From Piromyces finnis finn (taxonomy: Eukaryota > Fungi > Neocallimastigomycota), in contig MCFH01000071.1 of assembly GCA_002104945.1 (NCBI GenBank), positions 62,001 through 126,000 on the forward strand: a DNA stretch of 64,000 nt, given 5' to 3'. A program made the position numbers and the translations under genes. Below are positions 25,357 to 37,500 of this stretch, in pieces (within the stretch, counting starts at the first letter, position 1; each line of letters begins with the position of its first letter). The notes below the pieces were generated by a model. The model saw nothing but the letters and a program-made list of their open reading frames with translations. It was not told the DNA's origin and did not search any database.

Positions 25357-26628
25357 TGTAAAGATATAATATATATCTTTAGATTATTTAATAATTAATT
25401 ATTAATTATTAAATAATAAATTAATATTTAGTAAAACTGATTATAAAATTTTTGAATAAATTTTATGGAATAATTTAATAATAAATTATTTTATAATAAT
25501 TCCGTTAAATTTAAATTAAGATAAATATTTAAGTTTAAGGAATAAAAGAATTTTAATTAAATTTAAATATTTCAAATATTTTAAATAATTAAAATATTTT
25601 TTTAAATACTTTTTATTTAATTTTAGAATCGATTATACTTTTTTATTTAAATTTAGAATAGTTTTAACTTAGTTTTAAAAATAGATTTATTTATATTTCA
25701 ATAGGAAATATATTAAGAATAGTATTGATAATATTAAATTAATTTATAGAAAATACATGGGTTTTATTCAATTTTGAGTTTACTCAAATTGAATTAAAAG
25801 TATAATGAATTAGTTTAGTTTAGTTCTGTTATTTTATTATTTAATTAAATTAGTTTTGTTTATTTTATATTAAATATATGTTTATTTAAATAGAATAATA
25901 TTGTAAAGATATAATATATATCTTTAAATTATTTAATAATTAATTAATAATTATTAAATAATAATTTTTATATTTTAATGAAAAATTATTTATAAAATTT
26001 ATTATATAAATTTTAAGGAATAATTAAATAAAGATTAATTTTAAAATATCAAAGTTGGAAATGAAATTTGGATAAATATTTAAATTAATGCATAATTAAA
26101 TTTAAATATTTTAAGTATTCAAATTAAATCTTAAAAAGTTCTTATTTAATTAAAAATAGTTTAATAACTTTAGCGTAGTTTTAAATTAGTATTTTTTAAT
26201 AGTAAATATATAATAAATAGTATTATTAATATTTAATTGATATATAGGTAATACATGGACTGTATTCAATTTGTAGTTTACTCAAATTGAATCAAAAGTG
26301 TATTTAATTAGTTTTAGTTTAGTTTTATTATTTTATTATTTAATTAAATTAGTATTAAATTAGTTTTGTTTATTTTATATTGAATATATGTATAATTAAA
26401 TAGAATAGTATATTAAAATATAATTTGTAAAAAATATAAATACATGTAAAATTTCATAGTTAAACGATGTAATTGTTATTGACTATAGTTTAGTTAATAA
26501 CTAAATAAGAATAAATAAAAGAGGATATAAATAAATTTTGTTTTGTTTTTAATTTTTTATTTTATTTAGTGTTTTTGTTTTATTGTAAAAAAATTTTATA
26601 ATCTGTTTTAAATTTTAAAATTTTTACA

Positions 26629-26639
26629 ATAACAATTAC
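26629..26639 (+). promoter_or_regulatory. Self-priming PBS of Gypsy-H
   Basis: ATAACAATTAC is complementary to GTAATTGTTAT at 26469-26479. Confidence 0.82.
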
Positions 26640-26703
26640 CTTTTGCCTAATAAAACACGTTATAAAAATTTTTCTAATAAAACATATTTTAAATTTTTTT
26701 CAT

Positions 26704-26860
26704 ATCTACCGCGTTTCTAGGAAAATCTACCGTGTGTATAGGGAATCTACCGCGTTTCTAGGAAAATATACTGTGTGTATAGGGAATCTACCGCGTTTCA
26801 AGGAAAATCTACTGTGTGTATAGGGAATCTACCGCGTTTTTAGGAAAATCTACCGCGTTT
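26704..26860 (+). repeat. 5'-UTR tandem repeat with alternating 21/20-bp units (ATCTACCGCG core)
   Basis: About 8 units forming a 41-bp higher-order period. Confidence 0.9.
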
Positions 26861-27054
26861 CGGAATTTCATCGTACCTTCTGAGGGCTAGTTAACTTGGT
26901 GTTTGTTACTCAAAGGTCTTCCATATATATTGAGTATATTTAATTTTGTTATAATATTTTTAAGAGCTCGTCTAACACCGTTTGACAGGATAGAGTTACG
27001 ACGACATCTTAACTAAAATATTATAAAAAATTAAATATTTATAACATAATCATA

Positions 27055-30000
27055 TTGGAAGAAATAAACCATCTTTTAGATAAATTACACTTAAACGAAA
27101 ACATGGAACGCCAAGGAGCGTCCTTGAGGATAGTTAATGATCCTCCAGTTTTCACAGGCCGTAGACAAGAACTAGACGGGTTCTTGACTAGGGTTGAGCT
27201 AGCTATTGAAGCTAACCCTGATAGATTCGTTAATGATGAAGCGAGAGTCCGCTTCTTGATATCCTACTTTGTTAATAGACCTTTAGAATGGGCCGCCCGT
27301 TTAAGACAAAATAACGACGCCGTTCTAAGGAACTATGATCAATTTATTACTGCCCTTCGTACCAATTTCGGGGATCCGAATAATGATACGATTGTTGCAA
27401 ATGGAAGACTTTGCAACATTAAACAAAGAAAATTTGGCAAGGTGTTCGAATACATCAACGAATTTCAACGCGTTAGCCAAAATTCGAATTTCAATGAAGC
27501 AGCAAAAATATACATGTTCACAAAAGGATTACATCCAAAAATGCGTGAACATTTAGCTGTAGTGAATCCAAATCCCTCTCAATTAGAGCGTCTTTATTCT
27601 GATGTCCTTAGTATTGAAAATCTTACTAAGAGAAATGATATCAGTGAATATTACATGACGCATCAAGACCGAAGAAATTATAACCAAAATGATCCTATGG
27701 ATGTGGACTTATATAGGATCAGTTTAGGTCAAAGAAAGGTTAATTACTTCCCTCCTCATAGAAGTAATTATGATGAAAATAAAATAAATCGCACTGAGGC
27801 TAAGAAGAAGGGAGTTTGCTTTACTTGTGGAAAGTCTGGACACTTTCAATTCAATTGTCCAAACAAAAAGAAACCGAAAAATGTAAAAATTATCAAGAGA
27901 TGCTATTCAGAAGACGAAGCTAGCCCTTCAATCAAGAAAATTAAAAAGGATAATCTTAATTCCAAGGGAACTTCAAACATATTCGAAATTCATAAAGGTG
28001 AAAAGAAAAATATCATTGATTTTTATATCAAAACCAATGATATTGATGAAGTCAAGGCTAAGGTACTTATTGATTCTGGTTCCGATCTTAATTTCATCCA
28101 CCCCGAGTTCGCCCGAGTCAATAATATTAAACTTTCAAATATTGCTGAATCTTTCAAGGTTTCTGGTTTAGGGCAAGGTACATCTACCGTGAAAAAGGAA
28201 TCCGAAAAGTGCATCCTTCGTTTGAGAAATCATTACGAAATCATTCAATTATATGCACTTAGAATTCCTGAAGTTGATATAATTCTTGGAGTACCTTGGA
28301 TCGAGAAACATTGTCCGGTTTATTATCACGATTCCTCCAAAATTGCCTTTAGCTCCGGATACTGTGCTCGACACTGTAATGTAGGTAAAAGGAAAAATAA
28401 GGGCACAATCAATAAGAATAGGGAATCTATGACATCATCAAGAAAAGGGAAAGAAGCTGTCTTGGATAGTGAAAACGAACAATCCTATTGTAGTGACCTT
28501 GGTTCCCCCGAATATGACGAATCCTCTTATTGTGACTCCAGTGATGACGAGGAAACTGTTAATATTAGAGGTCGAAGAACCTCTGTTAAAACCATTAGTA
28601 AATTAGATAGTTTGGATAAAATTAAATGTAGTAACAGTTTAAATAATAATAATGATAATAATTGTATTTTTAAATGTATATGTAATGACATTAATTGTAT
28701 TGATGAAAATTTAAATAAAGATAATAATTCGGTCACTGGACCAAAACAGTACTCATTTTCAAAAAACGTGTGTAATAATAATAATTCTCGTGTATTAAAT
28801 TCAGTTAGTAACTGTAATGATTTATTTTGTAATATTATTAATAAATGTAAAAGTGAAAGTGATAATTTGAATAAAGATAAAAAATCTATTGAAATTCCAA
28901 AACAATATTTATTATTTAAAGAGGTTTTTAATGAAAAGAATTGTAATATTTTACCTCCACATCGTGAATACGATTGTGAAATCCGATTAAAGGATAATGC
29001 TAACTTGTTTTATGGTCCTCTTTATCCTTTAACTGAGGCAGAGAGAGATGAATTAAAAAATTATATCAATGAAAATTTAGAAAAAGGTTTCATTAGGAAA
29101 TCTTCATCTCCTGCCGGTGCACCAGTTTTATTTGTCAAAAAGAAAGATGGGTCATTAAGACTTTGCGTTGATTATAGGAAACTTAATGACATGACAATTA
29201 GAAATTCATATCCTCTTCCGTTAATTGGTGACTTATTGGATAGAGTGAAAGGTGCAAAATACTTTACTAAGTTGGACTTAAAGTCTGCTTATAATTTAGT
29301 TAGAATCAAAGAGGGTGATGAATACAAAACTGCCTTTAGAACAAGATATGGGCATTTTGAATATCTCGTCATGCCTTTTGGTTTAAAGAATGCACCAGCT
29401 ACGTTTCAACATTTCATAAATGATGTCCTTAGTGATTATTTGGATGATTTTGCTATATCATATATTGATGATATTCTAATATATTCAAGTAGCCTAGAAG
29501 AACATCATGAACATGTTAAAAAAGTATTGAAAAAATTATTAGAAAATAATTTATATGTTAAGTTAGAGAAGTGTGAGTTTGATGTTTCAGAAACCACTTT
29601 CCTTGGTTATGTATTATCCAAAGATGGTCTGAAAATGGATAGAGATAAAGTTAAAGCTATCCTCGACTGGCCTGTTCCTACAAACGTTAAAGAAGTTCAA
29701 TCCTTTATTGGATTATGTAATTATTATAGAATTTTTATTAAAGACTTTGCGAAAATTGCTAGTCCTCTACACAAACTTACTAGGAAAAATGTTCCTTTTA
29801 ATTGGGTTTCTGAGTGTCAAAATGCATTTGTTACACTTAAAAAGGCTTTTACTTCAGCTCCTATCTTAATGAACCCTGATAGCAACAAACCTTTTATTGT
29901 TGAGACTGACGCTAGTAACTTTGCTGTCGGTGCAATTCTTTCACAAGAATTTGAAGGGCAATTGCACCCTATTGCTTTTATTTCATCTAGCTTAACCAAG

Positions 30001-31917
30001 TCTCAAAGAAACTATCAAATTTATGATAAAGAGTTGCTCGCTATCAAAGTGGCTCTTGAAGAGTGGAGGCATTATCTGGAAGGTGCAAAGCATCAGTTCA
30101 TCATTTATACTGATCATAAGAATTTAACCTTTCCAAGAAAGCCTGAGATGCTATCACAAAGACAGATAAGATGGTATGAATTTTTATCAAGATTTGATTT
30201 TAAGTTAATTTATAGAGCTGGAAAAAAGTCTGGTAAACCTGATTTGTTATCCAGACGTAGTGATCATATCTGTAATATTTATAATAATGATAGGATTAAT
30301 GAAAATATTGAATGTAGTAATTTTAGTTGTAATTTTATTTCATGTAATGTAATTAATTCTTTTAATAAAGATGATTCTTTAATTAATTCTATTCTATGTT
30401 CCTTAAAAAATGATGATTTATATAAAGTTTGTGTATTTCTTAATGATAAAAATTCTTCGTCCCCTCCGATTAGGAATACTAATAAAGTTAAAATTGATAA
30501 AGAAGGATTTTTACTTTATGATAATTTAATTTATGTTCCTTCTTCACTAAGAACTAGGGTCTTAGAATTACATCATGATTCTATTTCTGCTGGTCACTTT
30601 GGTGTTAATAAAACTATTGAATTAATTAGTAGAAATTTTTGGTGGCCAAAGTTTAGTTATGATGTTAAAAAGTTTATAAAGTCTTGTGAAACTTGTTGTA
30701 AAGCTAAAGTTCCAAGACATAAACCATATGGTTTGCTTTCTCCTCTTTCCACACCTAATAGAGCTTGGTCGGAATTGTCAATGGATTTTATTGTCGAGCT
30801 TCCTAAATCCAAAGACATGACTACCATTATGGTTATAGTAGATAGGTTAACAAAAATGGCTCATTTTATTCCTTTAAGATGTTTGCCTACTGCTTCTATA
30901 GCAGCTGATGTTTTTGTTAACAATATCTTTAAATTACATGGTTTTCCTGATTCCATCATTTCTGATCGAGGTACTCAATTTACCTCAGACTTTTGGAATC
31001 GTTTATGTAATTTGTTAAATATTAAACTTGCTTTTTCTACTGCAAACCATCCTGAAACTGATGGTCAAACGGAGAGGGTAAACGGGATATTGGAACAATA
31101 TCTCCGTTGTTTTATTAACGAAAAACAGAATAATTGGGTTGACTTGTTACCTTTTGCTGAATTTGCTTATAACAATACTTTACAGCAATCAATCAACCAA
31201 TCTCCGTTTTTCGCTAATTATGGGTTCAATCCAAAATTTAACCCTGAAATCCCTTCAGCGAATAGACCAAATAGAGCTGAACAAAGAATTTTGGATATTA
31301 CTGAAAACATTAAATTTTTAAAAGTAAATCTTGATCAAGCAAAAGAAACCTACAAAAAGTATGCTGATCAAAAGAGAATGGAATCCCCAGATTTCGAAGT
31401 TGGTAAAAAAGTTTGGTTATTAAAAGGTATTAATCCTTCAAATAAAAATGCCAAAAGAAAACTTGCTGATCAAATGCTTGGACCTTTTGAAATAATCAAG
31501 AAGGTAAGCCCTTTAGCATTTGAATTAAAATTACCAAACAATTTACGCTGCCACCCTGTTTTTCATGTTTCGTTATTAGAACCTTATAACGAAAATGAAT
31601 TTGTAAATAGATCAGTAATGAATAAAAGAAAAAATGTTAAGTTAACTACTGATACTATTGATAGGATTCCTGATAAGATTATTCAAGAAAGAAATTATCA
31701 TGGAAAGAAATCTTTCTTGATGACATGGAAAAATCTTGACGAAAATACTTGGATCCCGGAAGATCAAATTACAGATGTACAATTGATCCAAGAATTTTAT
31801 AGAAAAAATAAAAAGTCTAGAAAAGAAAGTCAAGATCAAGTCTATACAAGGAATAACAATGGTATGATCAAACATAGATATCAACCATTTGTAATTGATA
31901 TTCTTTCAAAGAAATGA
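27055..31917 (+). CDS. Gag-Pol polyprotein (gag, CCHC, PR, RT, RNaseH, IN, chromodomain)
   Basis: 1620 aa uninterrupted. Motifs: CFTCGKSGHFQFNC, VLIDSGS, YIDDILIY, ETDASNF, SMDFIVELP, DRGTQFTS, GPF(E)IIKK, MTWKNLDENTWIPE. Confidence 0.97.
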   Translation: MEEINHLLDKLHLNENMERQGASLRIVNDPPVFTGRRQELDGFLTRVELAIEANPDRFVNDEARVRFLISYFVNRPLEWAARLRQNNDAVLRNYDQFITALRTNFGDPNNDTIVANGRLCNIKQRKFGKVFEYINEFQRVSQNSNFNEAAKIYMFTKGLHPKMREHLAVVNPNPSQLERLYSDVLSIENLTKRNDISEYYMTHQDRRNYNQNDPMDVDLYRISLGQRKVNYFPPHRSNYDENKINRTEAKKKGVCFTCGKSGHFQFNCPNKKKPKNVKIIKRCYSEDEASPSIKKIKKDNLNSKGTSNIFEIHKGEKKNIIDFYIKTNDIDEVKAKVLIDSGSDLNFIHPEFARVNNIKLSNIAESFKVSGLGQGTSTVKKESEKCILRLRNHYEIIQLYALRIPEVDIILGVPWIEKHCPVYYHDSSKIAFSSGYCARHCNVGKRKNKGTINKNRESMTSSRKGKEAVLDSENEQSYCSDLGSPEYDESSYCDSSDDEETVNIRGRRTSVKTISKLDSLDKIKCSNSLNNNNDNNCIFKCICNDINCIDENLNKDNNSVTGPKQYSFSKNVCNNNNSRVLNSVSNCNDLFCNIINKCKSESDNLNKDKKSIEIPKQYLLFKEVFNEKNCNILPPHREYDCEIRLKDNANLFYGPLYPLTEAERDELKNYINENLEKGFIRKSSSPAGAPVLFVKKKDGSLRLCVDYRKLNDMTIRNSYPLPLIGDLLDRVKGAKYFTKLDLKSAYNLVRIKEGDEYKTAFRTRYGHFEYLVMPFGLKNAPATFQHFINDVLSDYLDDFAISYIDDILIYSSSLEEHHEHVKKVLKKLLENNLYVKLEKCEFDVSETTFLGYVLSKDGLKMDRDKVKAILDWPVPTNVKEVQSFIGLCNYYRIFIKDFAKIASPLHKLTRKNVPFNWVSECQNAFVTLKKAFTSAPILMNPDSNKPFIVETDASNFAVGAILSQEFEGQLHPIAFISSSLTKSQRNYQIYDKELLAIKVALEEWRHYLEGAKHQFIIYTDHKNLTFPRKPEMLSQRQIRWYEFLSRFDFKLIYRAGKKSGKPDLLSRRSDHICNIYNNDRINENIECSNFSCNFISCNVINSFNKDDSLINSILCSLKNDDLYKVCVFLNDKNSSSPPIRNTNKVKIDKEGFLLYDNLIYVPSSLRTRVLELHHDSISAGHFGVNKTIELISRNFWWPKFSYDVKKFIKSCETCCKAKVPRHKPYGLLSPLSTPNRAWSELSMDFIVELPKSKDMTTIMVIVDRLTKMAHFIPLRCLPTASIAADVFVNNIFKLHGFPDSIISDRGTQFTSDFWNRLCNLLNIKLAFSTANHPETDGQTERVNGILEQYLRCFINEKQNNWVDLLPFAEFAYNNTLQQSINQSPFFANYGFNPKFNPEIPSANRPNRAEQRILDITENIKFLKVNLDQAKETYKKYADQKRMESPDFEVGKKVWLLKGINPSNKNAKRKLADQMLGPFEIIKKVSPLAFELKLPNNLRCHPVFHVSLLEPYNENEFVNRSVMNKRKNVKLTTDTIDRIPDKIIQERNYHGKKSFLMTWKNLDENTWIPEDQITDVQLIQEFYRKNKKSRKESQDQVYTRNNNGMIKHRYQPFVIDILSKK

Positions 31918-32920
31918 TCTCGCAGGAGCTCGACTTTAAAGGGCGAGATTGTAAAGATATAATATATATCTTTAAATTATTTAATAATTAATTAATAATT
32001 ATTAAATAATAATTTTTATATTTTAATGAAAAATTATTTATAAAATTTATTATATAAATTTTAAGGAATAATTAAATAAAAATTAATTTTAAAATATCAA
32101 AGTTGGAAATGAAATTTGGATAAATATTTAAATTAATGCATAATTAAATTTAAATATTTTAAGTATTCAAATTAAATCTTAAAAAGTTCTTATTTAATTA
32201 AAAATAGTTTAATAACTTTAGCGTAGTTTTAAATTAGTATTTTTTAATAGTAAATATATAATAAATAGTATTATTAATATTTAATTAATATATAGGTAAT
32301 ACATGGACTGTATTCAATTTGTAGTTTACTCAAATTGAATCAAAAGTGTATTTAATTAGTTTTAGTTTAGTTTTATTATTTTATTATTTAATTAAATTAG
32401 TATTAAATTAGTTTTGTTTATTTTATATTGAATATATGTATAATTAAATAGAATAGTATATTAAAATATAATTTGTAAAAAATATAAATACATGTAAAAT
32501 TTCATAGTTAAACGATGTAATTGTTATTGACTATAGTTTAGTTAATAACTAAATAAAAATAAATAAAAGAGGATATAAATAAATTTTGTTTTGTTTTTAA
32601 TTTTTTATTTTATTTAGTGTTTTTGTTTTATTGTAAAAAAATTTTATAATCTGTTTTAAATTTTAAAATTTTTACAAATATATTAGAATATAATTATGAA
32701 AAATATAAATACATGTAATTTTTGTTTATTAAATCGATGTAATTGTTATTTTCAATTTTTTAATTATTAACTATTATATAGTTAATAATATTTTTAAGAG
32801 TTTAAATAAAAATTTTTTTTTTTAAAATAAAAATTTAATGTTTTATTTTTTATTTTTTTGCGTTAATAAAAATTGTTTTGTTTTAAGTATAAAATTTAAA
32901 ACAGATTTTATACTTTTACA

Positions 32921-33718
32921 TCCTCTAATGTCTTAGAAAAAATGAGAATAACATCAATGTAGCCAAAGGCGAAATCGTCGAGGAAATCGCTTAAAATATC
33001 GTTGATGAAATGCTAGAAAGTAGCTCGGGCATTTTTAAGACTGAACGGCATGTCTAAATACTCAAAATGGCCAAATCTAGTGTTGAAAGCCGTTTTATAT
33101 TCATCACCTTCTTTAATTCGAACAAGTTTGTAAGCGGAGCGAAGATCGAGCTTAGCGAAGAATTTAGCACCACTGACTTTTTTAAGAAGATCATTGATTA
33201 GAGGAAGGGAATAAAAGTTCCTAATAATAATATCGTCGAGTTTTCTGTAGTCAATGCATATACGAAGCGAATTATCCTTTTTGCGAACGAATAAGACAGG
33301 GGCTCCGACTGGGGAGATAGACTTCCGAATGAAGTTCTTTTCTAAGTTTTCTTTAATATAATCCTTAAGTACCTTTGTTTCCTCCACAGTGAGAGAGTAA
33401 ATTGGGCCGTAAGGGAGAGAAGAGTCGGGTTTTAAATCGATTCTACAGTCATAAGGCCTATGTGGTGGAAGTTCGTTTGCGCCTTTTTCAGAAAAGACAT
33501 CCTTAATGTCAATGTAAATATTCGGAATAGAAGGTGTTTTTTGAAAATGAATCTATAGAGGGGCAAGTGACATAATTTACAAATTTTTGAAGAAATGATA
33601 TTGGAGTACGGTGAGAAGCGGTAGAATCAGGTTTACTTACCGGAAGGGTAGCTGGAATGGAGGAGTCAATAGGTGGTGAAGAGGGAGTCGAAGAGGTTGA
33701 AGGAAGATGAAGACGAAT
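32921..33718 (-). pseudogene. Gypsy RT fragment of another family
   Basis: ELPPHRPYD, PVGAPVLFVRKKD, LDLRSAY and FEYLDMPFSLKNA on the minus strand. Confidence 0.88.
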
Positions 33719-33904
33719 TATTTATTGAAACTATTCTAAAATTATATAAAAAAAGTATTTAGAAATATTTTGAATATTTAAAATATTTAAATTTAATTAA
33801 AATTCTTTTATTCCTTAAATTTAAATATTTATCTTAATTTAATTTAACGAAATTATTATAAAATAATTTATTATTAAATTTTTCCATAAAATTTATTCAA
33901 AAAT
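33719..33904 (-). mobile_element. Inverted fragment of an H1-like LTR
   Basis: The reverse complement matches ~25445-25640. Confidence 0.7.
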
Positions 33905-34552
33905 TGTAATGGCGACACAGAAAGAATAGATTAGGATATCTATTCTATTACAATAACACTAAAGATTTATATAAAATTGTTTTGTTAAAAAAATATCTTT
34001 TATTATAATAGAAATTATATTAATAACAATTACATCGATAAAATGATGAAAAATATCTTCTATTTATATTTTTCCTAAATACATTTATATTATATTATAA
34101 CTATTTATTTCTTATATATTATTATTTAAAATCTACACTAAAATCTTAATTATTAATAAATATTTAAACTATAACTATTTTTAGTAAAATACAATTGGCA
34201 ATTCAAATTAAGTACCATTTAATTTGAATATGTGCCCATGTATTATTGATATATTAAACATTTAATAATTATATACTAGATGTCTATTTCTATTACAAAA
34301 CAATACTAAAACTAGGGGTTTGAATTGAGAATTTTAATTTATTTGTTAAACATTAAGAATAAACTAATAATTTATTTTGTTTTAAACTTTAATTATTAAT
34401 AAATAAATTATGTCCCATTTTCTTTTTCTGTAATATAATTCGTGTAACTTAAACAATGATATTTATGGCTTAAGTTACATTAAAGATATCAATCTGTGGC
34501 GTTTGATATCTTTACAATCTCTCTCTCTAAGTCGAGCTCCTGCGAGATTAAT

Positions 34553-37500
34553 TTATAAAGAATCCTTTCTCGAAGGAATTTCAATTACAAATGGTTGGTA
34601 TCTATGCTTAATTAGATTACCAACTTTATTCTTTCTTATTCTCATGGAGGAGTCATTCGACTTATGTTTTGACTTTTTAGAGTTTCTTTCGAACTCTTGT
34701 ATTAATTGTTTGTCCGGAATCTGATCTTCAGAAACCCAAGTGGATTTGTCAAATCCTTTCCACGATAACTTATAAAATGTCTCACCATTAACAGATTTCA
34801 TCTTCTCAATTTTTTCTGGAATTTTTTCAATTAAATCTGTGTTAAGATGAATATTTCTTTTCCTACTATTAGACCTATCTATAAACTCGTTTTCAAAGTA
34901 TGGTTCTAACAATGAGACATGAAAGACTGGATGACATCTCATTGTCTTTGGGAGTTTCAATTTAAAAGCGAGAGAACTAACTTTTTCAATTATTTCAAAT
35001 GGACCAAGCATTTGAGGTGCTAATTTCTTCTTCAAGTTAGTTCCCGGAGAATCTTTCAATAACCATACCTTCTTTCCCACTTCAAATTCCGGGGGACTCA
35101 TTCTTTTCATATCGGCATATTTCTTATATGTTTCTTTTGCTTTTTCTAAGCTTTCTTTTAATAATTTAAAGTTTTTATTCATATCAATTACTCTTTGTTC
35201 AGCTCTACTAGGTCTATCATTAGCCGGGATTTCCAAGCTGAACTTTGGATGAAAACCATAATTAGCAAAGAATGGGGATTGATTTATAGATTGCTGTAAA
35301 GTGTTATTATATGCAAATTCAGCAAATGGAATAAGATCAACCCAGTTATTCTGCTTCTTATTGATAAAACAACGGAAATATTGTTCTAATATGCCGTTCA
35401 CCCTCTCCGTTTGACCATCTGTCTGCAGATGGTTAGCAGTTGACAATGAATGATTGATATTAAGAAGGTCACAAAGTCTTGACCAGAAATCAGAAGTAAA
35501 TTGCGAGCCTCTATCAGAAATGATGGAATTAGGAAGACCATGCAAACGGAAGACATTGGCAATAAAAGCATCAGCAGCAATCGAAGCAGTAGGAAGACAA
35601 CGTAAAGGAATGGCGTGAGCAAATTTAGTAAATCTATCGACAACAACCATAAGTGTAGTCATATCTCTGGACTTAGGAAGATCAACAATAAAGTCGATAG
35701 AGATATCAGACCAAGGCCTACTAGGAGTGTCCAAAGGGGATAACAATCCATAAGGCTTATGTCTAGGGACTTTGGATTTGCAACAAGTCACGCAAGATTT
35801 AATAAAGGATTTAACATCTGAATGAAATCTTGGCCACCAAAAGTTTCTTGAAATAAGTTCAACGGTTTTCTTAATGCCGAAATGGCCAGCAGCAACAGAA
35901 TCATGATGGAGTTCTAAAACTCTAGTCCTAAGAGATTTAGGAACATAAATAAGATTGTTAAATAACAAAAATCCTTCACCATCAATAATAACTTTATCAA
36001 TATTTTTAATAGGTGCATTACTTGTAGAACCATTCATTTTAAATTGAACAATGGAATTGTACAAATCGTCATTTTTAAGTTCTGATAAAATAGAATCTAT
36101 TAAAGGTTTGTTATCGCTATGATGAAGTGAAATTGTAAGACAAGAAACATTAGAGTTAATATCATTCACTAAATGATCACTTCTACGAGACAGAATGTCA
36201 GGCTTTCCAGATTTCTTTCCAGCTCTATAGATGAGTTTAAAGTCAAATCTGGATAAGAACAAATTCCATCTAATTTGTCTCTGAGATAACATTTCAGGTT
36301 TTCTAGGAAATGTTAAGTTCTTGTGATCGGTATAAATTATGAACTGATGGCGTGCACCCTCTAAGTAATGACGCCATTCTTCAAGAGTAACTATAATAGC
36401 TAAGAGTTCCTTGTCATATATAGGATAGTTTCTTTGACAACTCGTCAAACTTTTTGAAAGAAATGCAATGGGATGTAATTTGCCGTCAAACTCTTGAGAG
36501 AGAATAGCACCGACAGCATAATTACTAGCATCAGTTTCAACAATAAATTGTTTATTACTATCCGCATGTTTCAGAATAGGAGCTGACGTGAACAAAGTTT
36601 TTAATAAAATAAAAGCGTCCTGATCTTCTTTCCCCCAGTTAAAAGCAACATTTTTTCTAGTGAGTTTGTGAAGAGGGTTTGCAATTTTAGCAAAGTCTTT
36701 AATAAAAATTCTGTAGTAGTTACATAGACCAATAAAAGACTGAACCTCTTTAACATTCTTAGGAACCGGCCAATCGATAATTGCTTTAACTTTATTCTCA
36801 TCCATTTGCAACCCATCTTTTGAAATGACATAACCAAGAAAAGTGGTTTTCTTAACATCAAACTCACATTTTTCTAATTTAACATAAAGATTATTTTCAA
36901 GTAGTTTCTTAAGTACCTTTTTAACATGCTCATGATGTTCTTCGATATTATTAGAATAAATAAGGATATCATCAATATATGAGATAACAAAATCATCTAA
37001 ATAATCACTAAGAACATCGTTAATAAAGTGTTGAAAAGTTGCAGGTGCATTCTTTAATCCAAAAGGCATAACCAGATATTCAAAATGACCATACCTAGTA
37101 CGAAAAGCCGTTTTGTATTCGTCACCTTCTTTAATACGAACAAGATCATAAGCAGATTTGAGATCTAATTTAGTGAAAATTTTAGCATTTTTCACTCTTT
37201 CCAGAAGGTCACTTATTAAAGGTAAAGGATATGAATTACGAATTGTAATATCATTCAACCTTCTATAATCAATACAAAGTCTTAAGGAACCGTCCTTCTT
37301 TTTAACAAACAAAATTGGGGCACCAGCAGGAGACGATGATTTCCTAATAAAACCTTTATTTAAATTTTCATCTATATACTTTTTAAGTTTCTCTCTTTCA
37401 ACTTCAGTTAATGGATACAAGGGTCCATAAAATAAAGTTGAATCATCCTTAAGTTTGATTTCACAATCATAAGGTCTATGAGGAGGTAACACTTCACAAT

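Larger units (their letters stand above)
25902..32676 (+). mobile_element. Full-length Ty3/Gypsy chromovirus (Gypsy-H), TSD AATAT
   Basis: 727-bp LTRs (25902-26628, 31950-32676) with 3 differences, a PBS, a single ORF, a PPT (AAAGGGCGAGA) and a perfect TSD. Confidence 0.97.
25357..32920 (+). mobile_element. Older H-related LTR (H1, ~785 bp), split by the intact Gypsy-H insertion
   Basis: Starts TGTAAAGATATAATATATATCTTT; resumes after 32676 and ends TTTTACA at 32920. Confidence 0.8.

Noticed and set aside
31870-31905. Integrase tail as an HP1-binding PxVxL motif
   Set aside because: Position 5 is Asp/Glu, not hydrophobic.
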